Source: a virus. Taken from it: a DNA stretch of 64,000 nt. Below, in pieces: positions 20,697 to 30,914 of the stretch; within the stretch, counting starts at the first letter, position 1; the number at the start of each line of letters is the position of its first letter. Where the stretch lies: IMG/VR virus record IMGVR_UViG_3300025789_000024, positions 1-64,000 of that record; one strand, written 5' to 3'. The notes under the pieces were generated by a model. The model had not been told where the DNA came from, ran no database searches, and worked only from the letters and a program-made list of their open reading frames with translations. The position numbers and the translations under genes are program-made.

Positions 20697-21893
20697 TTAT
20701 TGGAATGTCAAGTTTTGAACTGCGATTTCACCAACATAGTCAGCAGCGTTACCAAATGATGACGCTGTGTTTGTCAATTCGATATAACCATAACGAGTCA
20801 TGAATGACACTACTGGTTCGAATGTAGTTGGATCAAGAACAACACCACTGCTCATCAATGGAATGTATGGGCAATAGAATGCTGCTGCATCAGTTTCGCT
20901 TGAACCTTTATAACCAACCAATACTGGTTGTGTATCAGGAGCATAGCTGTTAACGAAAACACGCATTGCACCGTTCAATGTACCAACAAACTTAGTATTT
21001 GTAGGTGCTTCGAATGTGCCTTCTGTTGTACGAGCAAAAGCTGAAGTAGTTGCAGATTGCAATACTGTCAATGAAGCCGGAGATACAACACACCAGTTAC
21101 CAGCGCCACGACGTGTACGTTGTGCGATCAAGTTAGCAACACGATTGATAAGAACAGCCAAAGCAGCGTGTTCGTCACCAACGTAAGTAGCTGTACCAGA
21201 TACAGTAGCTTGGTTGTATGTATATTCAGTTGAAGCCAATGTTGCCAATGACAACAAGATTTCTTGGTCGATTTCAGCAGTAATTTCTTGTGCTAGAGCG
21301 GCCATGATTTCTGCTTCAACGTCAATACCGTGTTGTGATTGTGCGTCTTGAGCAGCTTCAAATGTCCAACGTGCTTGTAACTTACGTGATTTAGCTTCAA
21401 CAGCTTGACGCAAGATTTGTACGCTGATTTGTTTACCGCCATTACCTTCCAATGTTGCTGTATCAGCACCAGTGTAGTAATTTGAAGAAGTAGCATTTGC
21501 TGGGCTACGTGAGTAAGCCTGTGCAATCAAGAATGGACTCAACGCTTCTTGACCAGCTTGAACGCTAGTTTGTGCTGCTGAGTTATCAGTCAATGACTGT
21601 GCATAACGTACACGTAGTGTGTGGATTTGACCAACTGGACCAGTCATTGGTTGAACACCAACTAGTTCGTTAGCAATAACAGTAGGCATAACACGACGGA
21701 TAACCGGTAGAATAACACGGTTAAGAGTAGCAATGTTACCTGCTGTAGTTGTACCAGCTGAAGATTCAGCCAATAGTTGCTTTTTAGTGTTTTCTAAAAT
21801 AACACTCATAGTTGAACGACGAGTTCCTTTTAAACCTTCTAACAGGGCGTCTTTGGTCTCGTCCCAACGGCTTTCTAATAATACTTTTGACAT
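20697..21893 (-). CDS. gp23: Major capsid protein, T4 gp23-like
   Basis: VGVQPMTGPVGQI, AKSRKLQARWT.E.AQD....HGIDVEAE, TRRGAGN, FYCPYIPL and FMTRYG motifs. Confidence 0.97.
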   Translation of the reverse strand: MSKVLLESRWDETKDALLEGLKGTRRSTMSVILENTKKQLLAESSAGTTTAGNIATLNRVILPVIRRVMPTVIANELVGVQPMTGPVGQIHTLRVRYAQSLTDNSAAQTSVQAGQEALSPFLIAQAYSRSPANATSSNYYTGADTATLEGNGGKQISVQILRQAVEAKSRKLQARWTFEAAQDAQSQHGIDVEAEIMAALAQEITAEIDQEILLSLATLASTEYTYNQATVSGTATYVGDEHAALAVLINRVANLIAQRTRRGAGNWCVVSPASLTVLQSATTSAFARTTEGTFEAPTNTKFVGTLNGAMRVFVNSYAPDTQPVLVGYKGSSETDAAAFYCPYIPLMSSGVVLDPTTFEPVVSFMTRYGYIELTNTASSFGNAADYVGEIAVQNLTFQ

Positions 21894-21922
21894 TTTTAAT
21901 TTCTCCTAAATTATGTCTTTAA

Positions 21923-23026
21923 TTAAAGCCCTGCCAGACGTTTAATGTCGATTACGTTATCACGGTCTTCGACTTCAACTTCTAATTTTTTCGTGGCAGA
22001 TTTATTACCGGTTACTTCACTAACGCTTTCAGTGAGAGCAGTTTTACTTGCTTTTTTCTCAATTCCAGTGTTAAGAACTGCTGGTAAGTACTTATCGAAT
22101 GCGTTCTTCAATTTTGGTGTCTGAACGCTTTCCAGTAAACTTCTCATTACTGAGGCTTTCTCTTCGTTTAGTGTAGATAGAAGTTCTCCCATCTCTTTTT
22201 CACGTTGAGTTGATTCCTTAATAATGCGAACTTCACGTTCCTTTTGCTCTACTAACTTACTTGCTTTCGCAATGACAGTAGCAGATTCCGCTAGTTTTTT
22301 ATCTTTCTCTGCAAGTTGAACCATTAACTTACGAGTTTCGGCTTTCTCATTTAAGTGAGTTACGCTGAATTCGCTTGCAAATGCTTCGAACAACTTACGT
22401 CCAAAGTTATTTTCTCTAGCAGATTTGATGTCTTCCTTAAGTTGTGATAGTTCACCCTTAAGATGTGTTGAAACTGCACCGCTAACTCTCTTAGCACTTT
22501 CAGCAACAAATTTTGCTTTCAATGCTTCTAATTGTTTACGGCCTTCAGCAACTAACTTAACCTTTGTTTCGACAACTTGTTGTCTGTCTACAGCAAACTC
22601 TTTGATTTCACGTGCTAATGCATGTGTAACAAATTTCTCAAGTTTCTTCTGATTTTCCAATTGAAGTTTACGATCATTGCGCAATTCTTTGATTTCTTCG
22701 GCTAGTTTAGTAACCATGAAGTCATTGAATTTTGTTGCGCTTTCTTGTAACTTAAGTTTTGCTCTTACGCGGTCTTCGCTAATTGTTTGTCTTTCTGCTT
22801 GAAATTCTTTGATTTCAGTTGAAAGACCTTCAGTAACCATCTTGTCTAGGGCTTCTACCATAACTAGTCGGTCATGTTCATAACGTTGCGCAAACTCTTC
22901 ACGGAGTTCTGCACGTACTTGATCTTTGGCTTCAGTCAACTTTGATTCCCATACCTTGTTTAACTCGGTACCGATTTCTTCGTTGATAAGTCCACTTTCT
23001 AGTAATGGTTTGATAGCATCAAACAT
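21923..23026 (-). CDS. gp22: Prohead core scaffold protein, gp22-like
   Basis: Charged coiled coil between the protease and MCP genes; GRKLFEAF motif; C-terminal IKRLAGL. Confidence 0.8.
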   Translation of the reverse strand: MFDAIKPLLESGLINEEIGTELNKVWESKLTEAKDQVRAELREEFAQRYEHDRLVMVEALDKMVTEGLSTEIKEFQAERQTISEDRVRAKLKLQESATKFNDFMVTKLAEEIKELRNDRKLQLENQKKLEKFVTHALAREIKEFAVDRQQVVETKVKLVAEGRKQLEALKAKFVAESAKRVSGAVSTHLKGELSQLKEDIKSARENNFGRKLFEAFASEFSVTHLNEKAETRKLMVQLAEKDKKLAESATVIAKASKLVEQKEREVRIIKESTQREKEMGELLSTLNEEKASVMRSLLESVQTPKLKNAFDKYLPAVLNTGIEKKASKTALTESVSEVTGNKSATKKLEVEVEDRDNVIDIKRLAGL

Positions 23027-23038
23027 GCTCTTATCCCC

Positions 23039-23674
23039 TTATTTAATTTTGAGTTCTGTAATCAAACGAGTTACTTCGTCTTTTAAGAACTTCTGCACTT
23101 TTTTGTCGCCTCTTGCGTCTTTTGCAATTTCCAACATTCTATGACCGTGCTTCATATTCATGACGCCTTCATAAATTGCTTTAGGATATGCATTAGGTGC
23201 GCTAGGTTGTGCAACAATGTCCACAGTGATTATTTCAAAATCACTCACTCTGCCATCCATATCGTTAACGTTGCCGCTACCTCTACTAGATACGCCGAGT
23301 TTCACACCACTTTCCAACATTGTAGTCACTAATTGACCCATTGGAGTTGGTAGAATCTTTAGTTTGCCAAAACCATTGGGACCGTCCATCCACATGCTTG
23401 TAATCATATGTGATACACGGTCTAAGTTGATTTTGAGGTCATCAGGGTGATCTACTTCGCCTAATACGCTATAGCCACCTGTAATTTGTTCGTTGAGGGT
23501 ATTGACTGCATTCTCGATTTCATTTACGGGGTAAACACGCTCATTTGCGTTTTTAACCCCGCCCTGAATGAAAATCCCCTTCATGTAAAGTGATTTTCCT
23601 TTACCTTCACCTTCACTTTCGACCACCATACCGGCTCTGTCGAAAGTGAGATGTTCTTTGAGATACAAAGCCAT
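23039..23674 (-). CDS. gp21: Prohead protease, gp21-like
   Basis: GIFIQ..VKNAN.RVYP, LGEVDHP, GVSSRGSG and DIVAQPSAPNA motifs. Confidence 0.95.
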   Translation of the reverse strand: MALYLKEHLTFDRAGMVVESEGEGKGKSLYMKGIFIQGGVKNANERVYPVNEIENAVNTLNEQITGGYSVLGEVDHPDDLKINLDRVSHMITSMWMDGPNGFGKLKILPTPMGQLVTTMLESGVKLGVSSRGSGNVNDMDGRVSDFEIITVDIVAQPSAPNAYPKAIYEGVMNMKHGHRMLEIAKDARGDKKVQKFLKDEVTRLITELKIK

Positions 23675-23688
23675 TTGTTCTCAGTTCC

Positions 23689-24489
23689 TTATTTCGCTAC
23701 TGGGCTTTTTGTACCAGTTGCGCCGTCTTTCTTAACGGGGGCTGGTGTCTTGCCTAAATTAGCGTTATTCTTTCCAGGTACATTCTTGAAGTTACCTGCT
23801 CCTGGAACATTACCTTCACCCTTTGTCAAGTAGTCACTTGGCTTTTTAGGGCTTGTTGGTACAGCTTCATCTTTACCAGCAAAGTTTACTGGCTTGCTGT
23901 CCATTCCTGCTTTACCTGAGTTGAAAGTAGTTGGGCTCTTTGTGTATTGACCGTTGTCACCATGAGTTACAGAAACTTTCTGAAGATTGACGTTTTCCAT
24001 CATTTCTTCTTCTCCGCCCATGTCTTCTTCGCCGCCCATGTCTTCTTCGTCACCGAAGTCTTCTTCTCCGCCCATGTCTTCTTCACCTTCATCGCCAGAC
24101 ATGATTTCTTCAAACTCAGCCATCAATTGGTCTAGTTTGTCTTCGATTCTGATAACAGCGTCTTCGATTTCTTCGTGTTCAGCTTCTTCACCTTCATCAT
24201 GATCTGCTTCCAAATCGTGAGTCAAGTCTTCGCCGTCTTCTTCTGCTGCGTCATCAAATTCAATATCTGATTCGTCTTCTTCAGTAACGCCTTCTTCTTC
24301 AGCATTGATTTCGTCTAGTAGATCGCCTACTTGACCGCCCATGCCTTCTTCCATGTTTTCTTCATCCATGAGTGATTCATAGATTTCACGTGATTTCTCT
24401 ACAACGATGTCGTGGAATAATTCGCGGGCTTGTTCTTCATTCTCATTAATAATGAGATTGATAAGTGTTTCAAATTTTTTGTTGTCCAT
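23689..24489 (-). CDS. Highly acidic prohead core/internal protein (gp67/gp68-like position)
   Basis: ATG at 24489 follows an AGGAG SD, preferred over the track start at 24534. D/E-rich with GGEEDM repeats; lies between portal and protease. Confidence 0.65.
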   Translation of the reverse strand: MDNKKFETLINLIINENEEQARELFHDIVVEKSREIYESLMDEENMEEGMGGQVGDLLDEINAEEEGVTEEDESDIEFDDAAEEDGEDLTHDLEADHDEGEEAEHEEIEDAVIRIEDKLDQLMAEFEEIMSGDEGEEDMGGEEDFGDEEDMGGEEDMGGEEEMMENVNLQKVSVTHGDNGQYTKSPTTFNSGKAGMDSKPVNFAGKDEAVPTSPKKPSDYLTKGEGNVPGAGNFKNVPGKNNANLGKTPAPVKKDGATGTKSPVAK

Positions 24490-24595
24490 TGTAAGTTCTC
24501 CTGATATGAATGGCTTTGTAGAATTATTTAGCACGTGGTTAGAAAAACCGTCAATTAAGACGTATTTTTTGCGTTTTTACTTAGAATATAGAATT

Positions 24596-24829
24596 TTATG
24601 CTGACGGAGCGCCAGCATCTTGCTCAGGCTTTGCGCCGTATTGCTCACGAACTTTCTTTAAGTGCACTTGTTTTTCATAATTTCTAACGTCTAACATACG
24701 TCTTAATTTACGAATTTGCTTTAAAGTAAGTTTGGTTTTACGAGATGTTCTCCAAGTAGGTTGACTGTTATCAGAATTTGTATCCTGATAACCTAAGATT
24801 GGAGGGTCAAACATCTCGAATAATTTCAT
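24596..24829 (-). CDS. Small basic head-module protein (77 aa)
   Basis: MKLFEMF...RKTKLTLKQIRKLR...VREQYG; late promoter 5 nt upstream. Confidence 0.7.
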   Translation of the reverse strand: MKLFEMFDPPILGYQDTNSDNSQPTWRTSRKTKLTLKQIRKLRRMLDVRNYEKQVHLKKVREQYGAKPEQDAGAPSA

Positions 24830-24844
24830 AAGTTTATTTATCTT

Positions 24845-26650
24845 TTATGCAAATCCACCGCCGCCCATTGGGCCTGCTGCACCAGCTTGCATTGCGCTTG
24901 GTGCGCTTGCCACGTCACCTCCTGCTACAGCACCTGCAACTTCAGGCCCTTGTTCAGCTTCCTGATCTGCATTTTCAATGTCTTCTGCCGTTTGGTCATC
25001 TGATTCAAAGTCACCAGAACTAATACCAACATTACGTAAGTCAGAACCTTGCGGTTTCTCAGTAACTTCTTGTTTGTTTTCTTCTTCCCAAAGTTTTTCG
25101 TTACGTTTGATTTCTTCTTCAGTTAATCCCAAAAAACGTTCCATTGCAAAACGTTTTGAAATATAAGGGAATGCTTCCATTGTGCCAAACACACTAACAC
25201 GTGCATTGTCTAGTTCACTTTGGCGATATGCAGCAAAGTTTTGTGGTGGATTAAATTTAATACTGAATAATCCAGTATCAATATTGAAGCCTCTCCAACG
25301 CAAGAATAGTTTGAATTCTTCATCTAGTTTCAAACAGATATAATTTTGCAAACGTTCGCAATATTGATTGAAACGGAATTCTTGAATCATTGCTGTACCA
25401 ACACGACCGTCACTTAATGGAGTAGTGTTATCATCGGGGCCTGTTGGTAAATAACTACTTGGAACACGCAAACCACGTGCTAGTCTGTTATTGAAGTACT
25501 TCAGGTCATCAATCTCACCCAAATTTTGACCACCGGGTAATACTTCAACGCTTGAACCACGCCCTTCTGCTGTTACAGGGAAGAAATAATCTTCGTTCAT
25601 TGACAATGGGTTGTATGTTGCATCAACAATACTTGAACCACCGTATAAACTTGGAATACGTCTTTGGTGAATTTCATTTTTAATTCTATCTACGAATGCC
25701 ATAGCCATATGACTTGGCATGTTACCAACGTCAATCTTAAACATTCTACGTTCAGGGGCACGTTGTACACGATAGATAAGAACTGCATCTTCTAATAGTT
25801 CTTTTTGTTTATAAACTTTAAAGATATTTTCTAAAATACTTTGACCAAAGGGCCAAAAGCGATCCAGACCCTCCGTCAAACTTAGATGCACTACATGTTT
25901 AGCATCTACGGCTGACTCGCTTTGTCCCAATGTAAATCTTGAACCACTTGTGTTATATGGCATAGCAGGAACTGTGTAAGGTGTGTTTGTTCCGCCACCT
26001 GAACCACCTAGCCCTGTTGCTGGGTTGGCAGCAAAGTCTGTGTTTGTTTTTTGTGCCACTGACAAGTTTTGTAAGTTAATGTTAATGTCTTTGATAACAT
26101 ATTGCTCAGGTTTCTTACCTTCACTTTCGTTAACAATAACTTTAATAACTTTAACCATATCAACCCAATATAACTTAAAGTTTTCTGGGTCACGAACAAA
26201 TACTTGATCACCATACTTAACAACATTGCGGAATACTTTAAACATACGAACATCAAATTCGTTTAGTTTACACCATTGTTGTAATTGCTTTGTGATTAGT
26301 TCTACTTCATGGGGAGTAGGATCGTCTTTAAATTCTACTTCAAAAGGGGTCTTGTTGTGTTCGTTTCTTTGTGTACTGAATTCTGCTAAGATATCTAAAC
26401 AAGCATTAATTTCAGCATCAACGTCCATCATTTCATATTGATTATAACGTTCGATACGATTTGGGTGACCAGTGTAGACTTCTGGAAGTCTAGACATATA
26501 ATTCTTATAGCCAAACTCTGTGCTGTTCCAACCACCTGTTTCTGAACCATTTTGTCCAGGTGACCCATTCCAGGCACCGGTGTTACTATTGCCGCCGGCG
26601 ATTGGGCTTGAGATACCACTCTTATTTAAGAATTTCTTTTTATATGCCAT
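24845..26650 (-). CDS. gp20: Portal protein, T4 gp20-like
   Basis: LLEDAVLIYRVQRAPERR.FKIDVGNMP, EDYFFP, LPGGQNLGEIDDLKYF and RVPSSYL motifs. Confidence 0.96.
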   Translation of the reverse strand: MAYKKKFLNKSGISSPIAGGNSNTGAWNGSPGQNGSETGGWNSTEFGYKNYMSRLPEVYTGHPNRIERYNQYEMMDVDAEINACLDILAEFSTQRNEHNKTPFEVEFKDDPTPHEVELITKQLQQWCKLNEFDVRMFKVFRNVVKYGDQVFVRDPENFKLYWVDMVKVIKVIVNESEGKKPEQYVIKDININLQNLSVAQKTNTDFAANPATGLGGSGGGTNTPYTVPAMPYNTSGSRFTLGQSESAVDAKHVVHLSLTEGLDRFWPFGQSILENIFKVYKQKELLEDAVLIYRVQRAPERRMFKIDVGNMPSHMAMAFVDRIKNEIHQRRIPSLYGGSSIVDATYNPLSMNEDYFFPVTAEGRGSSVEVLPGGQNLGEIDDLKYFNNRLARGLRVPSSYLPTGPDDNTTPLSDGRVGTAMIQEFRFNQYCERLQNYICLKLDEEFKLFLRWRGFNIDTGLFSIKFNPPQNFAAYRQSELDNARVSVFGTMEAFPYISKRFAMERFLGLTEEEIKRNEKLWEEENKQEVTEKPQGSDLRNVGISSGDFESDDQTAEDIENADQEAEQGPEVAGAVAGGDVASAPSAMQAGAAGPMGGGGFA

Positions 26651-26664
26651 GCTAGTATTTAGTA

Positions 26665-29600
26665 TTAAACCTTAGTATGTTTCAATATCTTTTCATTAGT
26701 TCTATGACTATTTTCTAAAACACTGATTACTTTATCCAATTTTGATCCCATCATATGTATCATTTCAGGAAGCGCATTACCAATACCAGGCTCTTTTGTT
26801 GCTGTAGCTACTGTTTCTGGTTTAGCAGGTTCTTTTGCTAATTGCATCAATATAGAATTAGGATCCAATGGAGCTACTAGTTCACTACCGTGCATTTCGA
26901 TTGGATAACCAGTAGTCGGGCCATCAAACATACCGCCTGATTTAGCTTTTAATAAATTTGCATTGTCGTATGCTCTTTTACCAACTTGTTTTGCATATGG
27001 GCTACCTAATAAATTATCAGCAGCTCCTGCTGTATCGCCGGATTCAATTTGTTTTGTAAAATTGGGCCATTTTTGATACCAAGCCGGTCCCATATTAAAT
27101 GTTAAGTCAGTTAGTGCTCCTTGACCGGAGGGTTTTAATTTACCAAAACCCGGTATTTTTTCTGCCGCCTGTCTATGTTTTTCATAGTCATCGTCAAACA
27201 AAGAATCTACTTCTTTATCAGAAAGTGTTCTATTCCATGCCGGTGGTAAACTTCTACCGTCACCAATTAAGTGACCTACGCCAACAGTCCATAAGCCTTT
27301 ACTGTCTTTATACGGGGTATTTCTAACACCTTCGTGTCTCTTAATCATTGATTTTACATCAGCATCACCACCTCCAGCACCACCGGGCGTTCCTGGTGCG
27401 CCTCCTGCACCTGCTGCACTGGCTCGACTACCTATTGCCATGTTTCCACCAAGAGTTGAACCTTTACCGGTCGCATCTCCACCGTCAACTGTAAATCTAG
27501 CTTTACTTACTGAGCCTGCATTAGTTGGACCTGAACCGGCTCCTGCACCTGCAGTGCCTCCGGCACTTGCATTTGTGCCACCTGAAGATTCTCCTGGATT
27601 TGTTCCTGTTCCGGTTGGGCTACTAGATGCGCCGCCTGTTCCGGTTGTTCCTGCGGGTCCTGCCGGCGGGGTGCCAGCAGTTGCTCCACCACCAGCCCCA
27701 CCTGTCTGTGCACCAGATGTCGCACTTCCACCTTGATTCGGGCTTGGCGCCGCTCCGCTGACTGTTGCTCCTGACAATAGCCCCATTGATTGTGCATACT
27801 TATGAAAAGCGTCAGCATTTTCTCCGGCTTTTTTACCAAAATCCATTTCACTGAATTTCTTAAATGCTGCTACTGGGCCGTCTCCGCCGAATAACTTAGT
27901 GACCCCTGCACCAATCATTGAACTAACTGCACTAAAGCCCCCAGGGCCACCTTTATAACTTGCCATTGCAGTTGCAAAGTCAGCAAAGGCTTTAGCATTC
28001 TTTGTTGTCTTATCCGGATCTACTGATAATTTTGCAAAATTTTCAAACTGATTGATAGGTGGTTTTGATTTAAAGAAATTAGTGACAGATTCTGAAATAG
28101 CATCTGATGCAGCCGCAGACGCCGAACCACCTTTATATTCTGACATAGCCTTACTAAATGCAACAAATGCATCTGCTTTATCTTTTACTGCTTTAGGATC
28201 AGCAATATTTAAATTAGAGAAAGTAGTAAATTGTGAGTAAGGTAATTCTGTGCTAAAGAACGTAGTAATAGAATTAGAAATTGCTGATGCTGCTCCTTCG
28301 TTGGCGCCGCCTTTGTAGTTTGACATAGCATCACTAAAAGCAACAAACGCACTTGCTTTGTCTTTTATTGATTTAGGATCACCTACGTCTAATTCTGAAA
28401 ACTGAGTAAATTTATCAAATGGTAAATCTTGAGTACCGAAAAATCCTGTAATACTATTAGTTATTGAACCAATCAATCCTTCACTTGGTCCACCGTTGTA
28501 TTTTGACATTGCATCACTAAATGCAACAAAAGCATCAGCATTATTTTTTACTTTTGCCCCATTAATATCATATGATTGAAATTGTAATAATTGATCAGCC
28601 GCTTCTGTTAGTGGATCTTTTTGACCAGTAAACAATCTAGCCAAACCTGTCATTGCATTTAATGCAGCACCTGCTCCTAATGCAATAACACCTGCACCTA
28701 ACCCTGCCATTCCCAAACCAACTTGTTTTAGATTATCTCCGTCAACATCATTAAATGATTTCAATCCTTTAGCAAAGTTAGGTAATGCTTCACCCAATAT
28801 CCAAGTTGCGCCGGCAACGCCTGCACCAATCAACGCAATTGCAGCACTAATTGCTCCGGCGCCTGCTATAACTTGAGGTGCAACTTTGCCAACTCCTGCT
28901 AATCCTTGACCAACACCTTCAATAAACCCACCAACACCTTTGCCTGCGCCGCTTTCAGCCGCTTTTTCAAGTACAGGTAATGAGCCGGCCGCTGCTTTTT
29001 CTACTCCAGTCGCTACTTTTATTGTGCTACTTGCGCCTTCGGCAACTCCTGCAACTTTTCCAATGTTATTAACTGCGCCGCCTGTACCACCGGCGATGCC
29101 TGCGGCGCCGCCTAAAGGTTTAGTAAGTTTACTTAATAATCCGCCGGCTGCACTTCCTACTGCTCCGGGAGTACGCAATGCAAATATTAATCCACCAATA
29201 GCAGCGGTAGCGGCACCAAGTGCGACTGTTAGCGCAGTCATGTGATTGCTTGCTGAAGTGATTAAGCCATCAGTTTTTATTCTTGCTTTAATTTCAATTT
29301 CTTGTAATTTAGCAGCCCTATCTGCTTTAGTGTCAGTACCTTCTTTTCCTGTTTTTTCTGTTGCTTTACCGGCTTCTTCAATACGCTTGTTGTATTCGTC
29401 CGGTGTCATACCGGCAGTATTCTGTGTAGCTTCTAGTGCTTCTTTACTAAAACCTAATGCGGCTGCGCCCTTTTCACCTGTAAACTGTAATGAATCTCCT
29501 GCATTTTTAACAGTATTATCGATGCCTTTATTGATTTGACCACCGATGTTGTTACCAATTTGACGACCGATTCTTTCAGAAGCCGCAGTATCTACTTTAC

Positions 29601-30819
29601 CTTCTTTATCGTATGTTACTTGTGTACCGATTGTTGCTTGCTTAACTTGGGCTGCATTGACACCTAATGTTGCTAGGCCTTTTGTCTTTTCATCATACGT
29701 GCCTGTTCTTGCCAAATGAGCAACTTGCATAGCAGTTTCCTTGCCATACAAATCGGACATTTGGTTGATCATAGCCTTTCTGGCTTTTTGATCGGCCATC
29801 ATTTGAGCGGCGCCTTGTTTGTCTCCGGCCGCTTCTAGTTCTTTAATCTTTATATTTTCTTGTCTAGTCTTTACTTCTTCTTCAAATTCTAATTGTGCAG
29901 CCTGTTGGTCTTTTTGCATTTGGTCTGCACTTTTACCAGTTAACGCACTTAATTTGACTAGATTTTCAGCATATTCAATTGATGATTCTTTTAATGCTTT
30001 TCTACTTACAACTTCAGATTGCAGTACTGCTAATGATGTCTGTTGTTGTGAGACATATGCAGCCTGCATATCTGTTAATTCTTCTTGTGAAATTCCTAAA
30101 CGTTTGAATTTTTCACGTGTTTCGCTACCAACATTAGCCATTTCTAAGAATGACTTAGTTCCTTCACCTACCGTGCTTCCTAAACTTAATAATCCTTTAC
30201 CGGCAGTTTGTAATGGCTTAACTAATTTTTCTAAATCACCTGATGCATATCCTGCATTTCTTCCTAATCCAGCAAGTTCATTTGTGGTAGTGCCAACAGC
30301 ACCGCCCATCTTACCTATATTTTCTCGGAAGTTGATTTGGTCATCCATCTGTTTGTTAACAGCTTGTTGAACCATAGTAAAGGCTTTGATTAGTGCACCG
30401 GCAGCTAATCCCAATAAACCAAAGTTTTTACCAACTGTTAACGCAGCATCGCCGGCTGACCCTAATGCATTATTATATTTTGAAAAACCCTTTTGTCCAC
30501 TTAGTAATGCATCACCAAACTGCCCCAGTGCCATAACTGCACTGCCGCCTGCTCTTTTAATATTGGCTGCTTCTTCTGCTAATTGATCTGCTGCTTGCTT
30601 TTCTGCGTCTGCTAGTGCTTGTGCTCCGGCGCCAGCATTCTTTTGTGCAGTTGAATTTTGATTAACTGCATCTGCATTTTGTTTTGATGCGCCGCCTGCA
30701 CCTTGCATACCTTTTGCAAAATCCCCCATAGCGGAGTTGGTTTTGCCAAGCATATCTGACATTGCAGATAGGTGCTCGTTGATTTGCCTTAAGATTTCTG
30801 GGTCAATTGAGTCAGACAT
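26665..30819 (-). CDS. Tape-measure-like protein with C-terminal GH24 lysozyme domain
   Basis: Long Ala/Gly-rich helical protein with hydrophobic segments and ~55-60-aa A.AF.AFS.AM..Y.GG repeats (about 27790-28560), a Gly-rich linker, then IKRHEG.R..PYKD..G.WTVGVGHLI. Confidence 0.8.
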   Translation of the reverse strand: MSDSIDPEILRQINEHLSAMSDMLGKTNSAMGDFAKGMQGAGGASKQNADAVNQNSTAQKNAGAGAQALADAEKQAADQLAEEAANIKRAGGSAVMALGQFGDALLSGQKGFSKYNNALGSAGDAALTVGKNFGLLGLAAGALIKAFTMVQQAVNKQMDDQINFRENIGKMGGAVGTTTNELAGLGRNAGYASGDLEKLVKPLQTAGKGLLSLGSTVGEGTKSFLEMANVGSETREKFKRLGISQEELTDMQAAYVSQQQTSLAVLQSEVVSRKALKESSIEYAENLVKLSALTGKSADQMQKDQQAAQLEFEEEVKTRQENIKIKELEAAGDKQGAAQMMADQKARKAMINQMSDLYGKETAMQVAHLARTGTYDEKTKGLATLGVNAAQVKQATIGTQVTYDKEGKVDTAASERIGRQIGNNIGGQINKGIDNTVKNAGDSLQFTGEKGAAALGFSKEALEATQNTAGMTPDEYNKRIEEAGKATEKTGKEGTDTKADRAAKLQEIEIKARIKTDGLITSASNHMTALTVALGAATAAIGGLIFALRTPGAVGSAAGGLLSKLTKPLGGAAGIAGGTGGAVNNIGKVAGVAEGASSTIKVATGVEKAAAGSLPVLEKAAESGAGKGVGGFIEGVGQGLAGVGKVAPQVIAGAGAISAAIALIGAGVAGATWILGEALPNFAKGLKSFNDVDGDNLKQVGLGMAGLGAGVIALGAGAALNAMTGLARLFTGQKDPLTEAADQLLQFQSYDINGAKVKNNADAFVAFSDAMSKYNGGPSEGLIGSITNSITGFFGTQDLPFDKFTQFSELDVGDPKSIKDKASAFVAFSDAMSNYKGGANEGAASAISNSITTFFSTELPYSQFTTFSNLNIADPKAVKDKADAFVAFSKAMSEYKGGSASAAASDAISESVTNFFKSKPPINQFENFAKLSVDPDKTTKNAKAFADFATAMASYKGGPGGFSAVSSMIGAGVTKLFGGDGPVAAFKKFSEMDFGKKAGENADAFHKYAQSMGLLSGATVSGAAPSPNQGGSATSGAQTGGAGGGATAGTPPAGPAGTTGTGGASSSPTGTGTNPGESSGGTNASAGGTAGAGAGSGPTNAGSVSKARFTVDGGDATGKGSTLGGNMAIGSRASAAGAGGAPGTPGGAGGGDADVKSMIKRHEGVRNTPYKDSKGLWTVGVGHLIGDGRSLPPAWNRTLSDKEVDSLFDDDYEKHRQAAEKIPGFGKLKPSGQGALTDLTFNMGPAWYQKWPNFTKQIESGDTAGAADNLLGSPYAKQVGKRAYDNANLLKAKSGGMFDGPTTGYPIEMHGSELVAPLDPNSILMQLAKEPAKPETVATATKEPGIGNALPEMIHMMGSKLDKVISVLENSHRTNEKILKHTKV

Positions 30820-30856
30820 TTTATTTCCAAGTTTTTATGTATCCAGGTTTTTACCC

Positions 30857-30887
30857 ACTAAATACACAAAGTATTTAGTATTAAATA
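30857..30887. promoter_or_regulatory. Face-to-face late promoter pair (inverted repeat ACTAAATAC-N5-GTATTTAGT) plus a second + TAAATA
   Basis: TAAATA on + at 30859 and 30882; TAAATA on - at 30872-30877. Confidence 0.6.
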
Positions 30888-30914
30888 AAACCCAATTATT
30901 AATGAGGATTCCCC

